From: Flaccisagitta enflata
Lineage: Eukaryota
NCBI GenBank assembly: GCA_965153355.1
Contig: OZ231126.1
Coordinates: forward strand, 41,540,001-41,604,000
Length of the DNA: 64,000 nt
Reading direction: 5' to 3'
Shown: one piece after another, positions 63,591-64,000 of the stretch
Layout: each line of letters opens with the position of its first letter
Position numbering within the stretch: the stretch's first letter is position 1
Program-made: the position numbers and the translations under genes
The notes under the pieces: model-generated
Databases searched by the model: none
The model's input: the letters and a program-made list of their open reading frames with translations, nothing else
Told to the model about the DNA's origin: nothing

Positions 63591-63690
63591 GTACGCTTGT
63601 GCATTTGATACTTATTTAATTCGCCGACATGTGTTACTTAAAATAAGTTATGTTTGGAAGAGCGTCCTTAGTGCGAGGTGAACTACAGTT

Positions 63691-63738
<48 letters not shown>

Positions 63739-63755
63739 GAAACGACGACGACGAA

Positions 63756-63800
<45 letters not shown>

Positions 63801-63842
63801 AACGACTACCGTACCGGAAAACAGTTTCGAATTTCAAATTAC

Positions 63843-63921
63843 CCAAAAGAATGGAGAAATCCGAGAGAACTCGTTGAACGAAGACCTTGGATGGCGAATG
63901 AGGCTGTCCGGCTGACGGGAG
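63843..63921 (-). CDS. FN3-domain gene, predicted exon 1 in window (LPSAGQPHSPSKVFVQRVLSDFSILL)
   Basis: ctctcctccag acceptor, G|GTAATT phase-1 donor; resembles FN3 strands A/B. Confidence 0.55.
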
Positions 63922-64000
63922 CTGGAGGAGAGGGAGAGAATGAATGAATAAATGAATGAAAAAAATGAATGAATGAATGAATGAATGAATGAATGAATGA

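Overview
Repeat-dense invertebrate-type eukaryotic genomic DNA with long microsatellites, many nested non-autonomous DNA transposons (Helentron/HINE-like, hAT-like, Tc1/mariner-like, one CMC/Chapaev-like) and a decayed BEL/Pao retrotransposon. The standout is a minus-strand gene at ~40162-46142. It encodes a predicted single-pass receptor: signal peptide, poly-Asn region, Toll-type multi-cysteine-cluster LRR ectodomain, TM helix, two tandem pseudokinase domains and an IRE1/RNase L-type KEN (HEPN) ribonuclease with the catalytic Y/R/N/H residues present. Two extra phase-compatible exons that the ORF track does not join add a C-terminal ubiquitin-like region. This looks like a TLR-like sensor coupled to an RNase instead of a TIR domain. 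A second gene fragment (four small exons, RIM-BP-like FN3 domain) lies at 61134-63921 on the minus strand. All domain calls are by-eye motif recognition; no searches were run.
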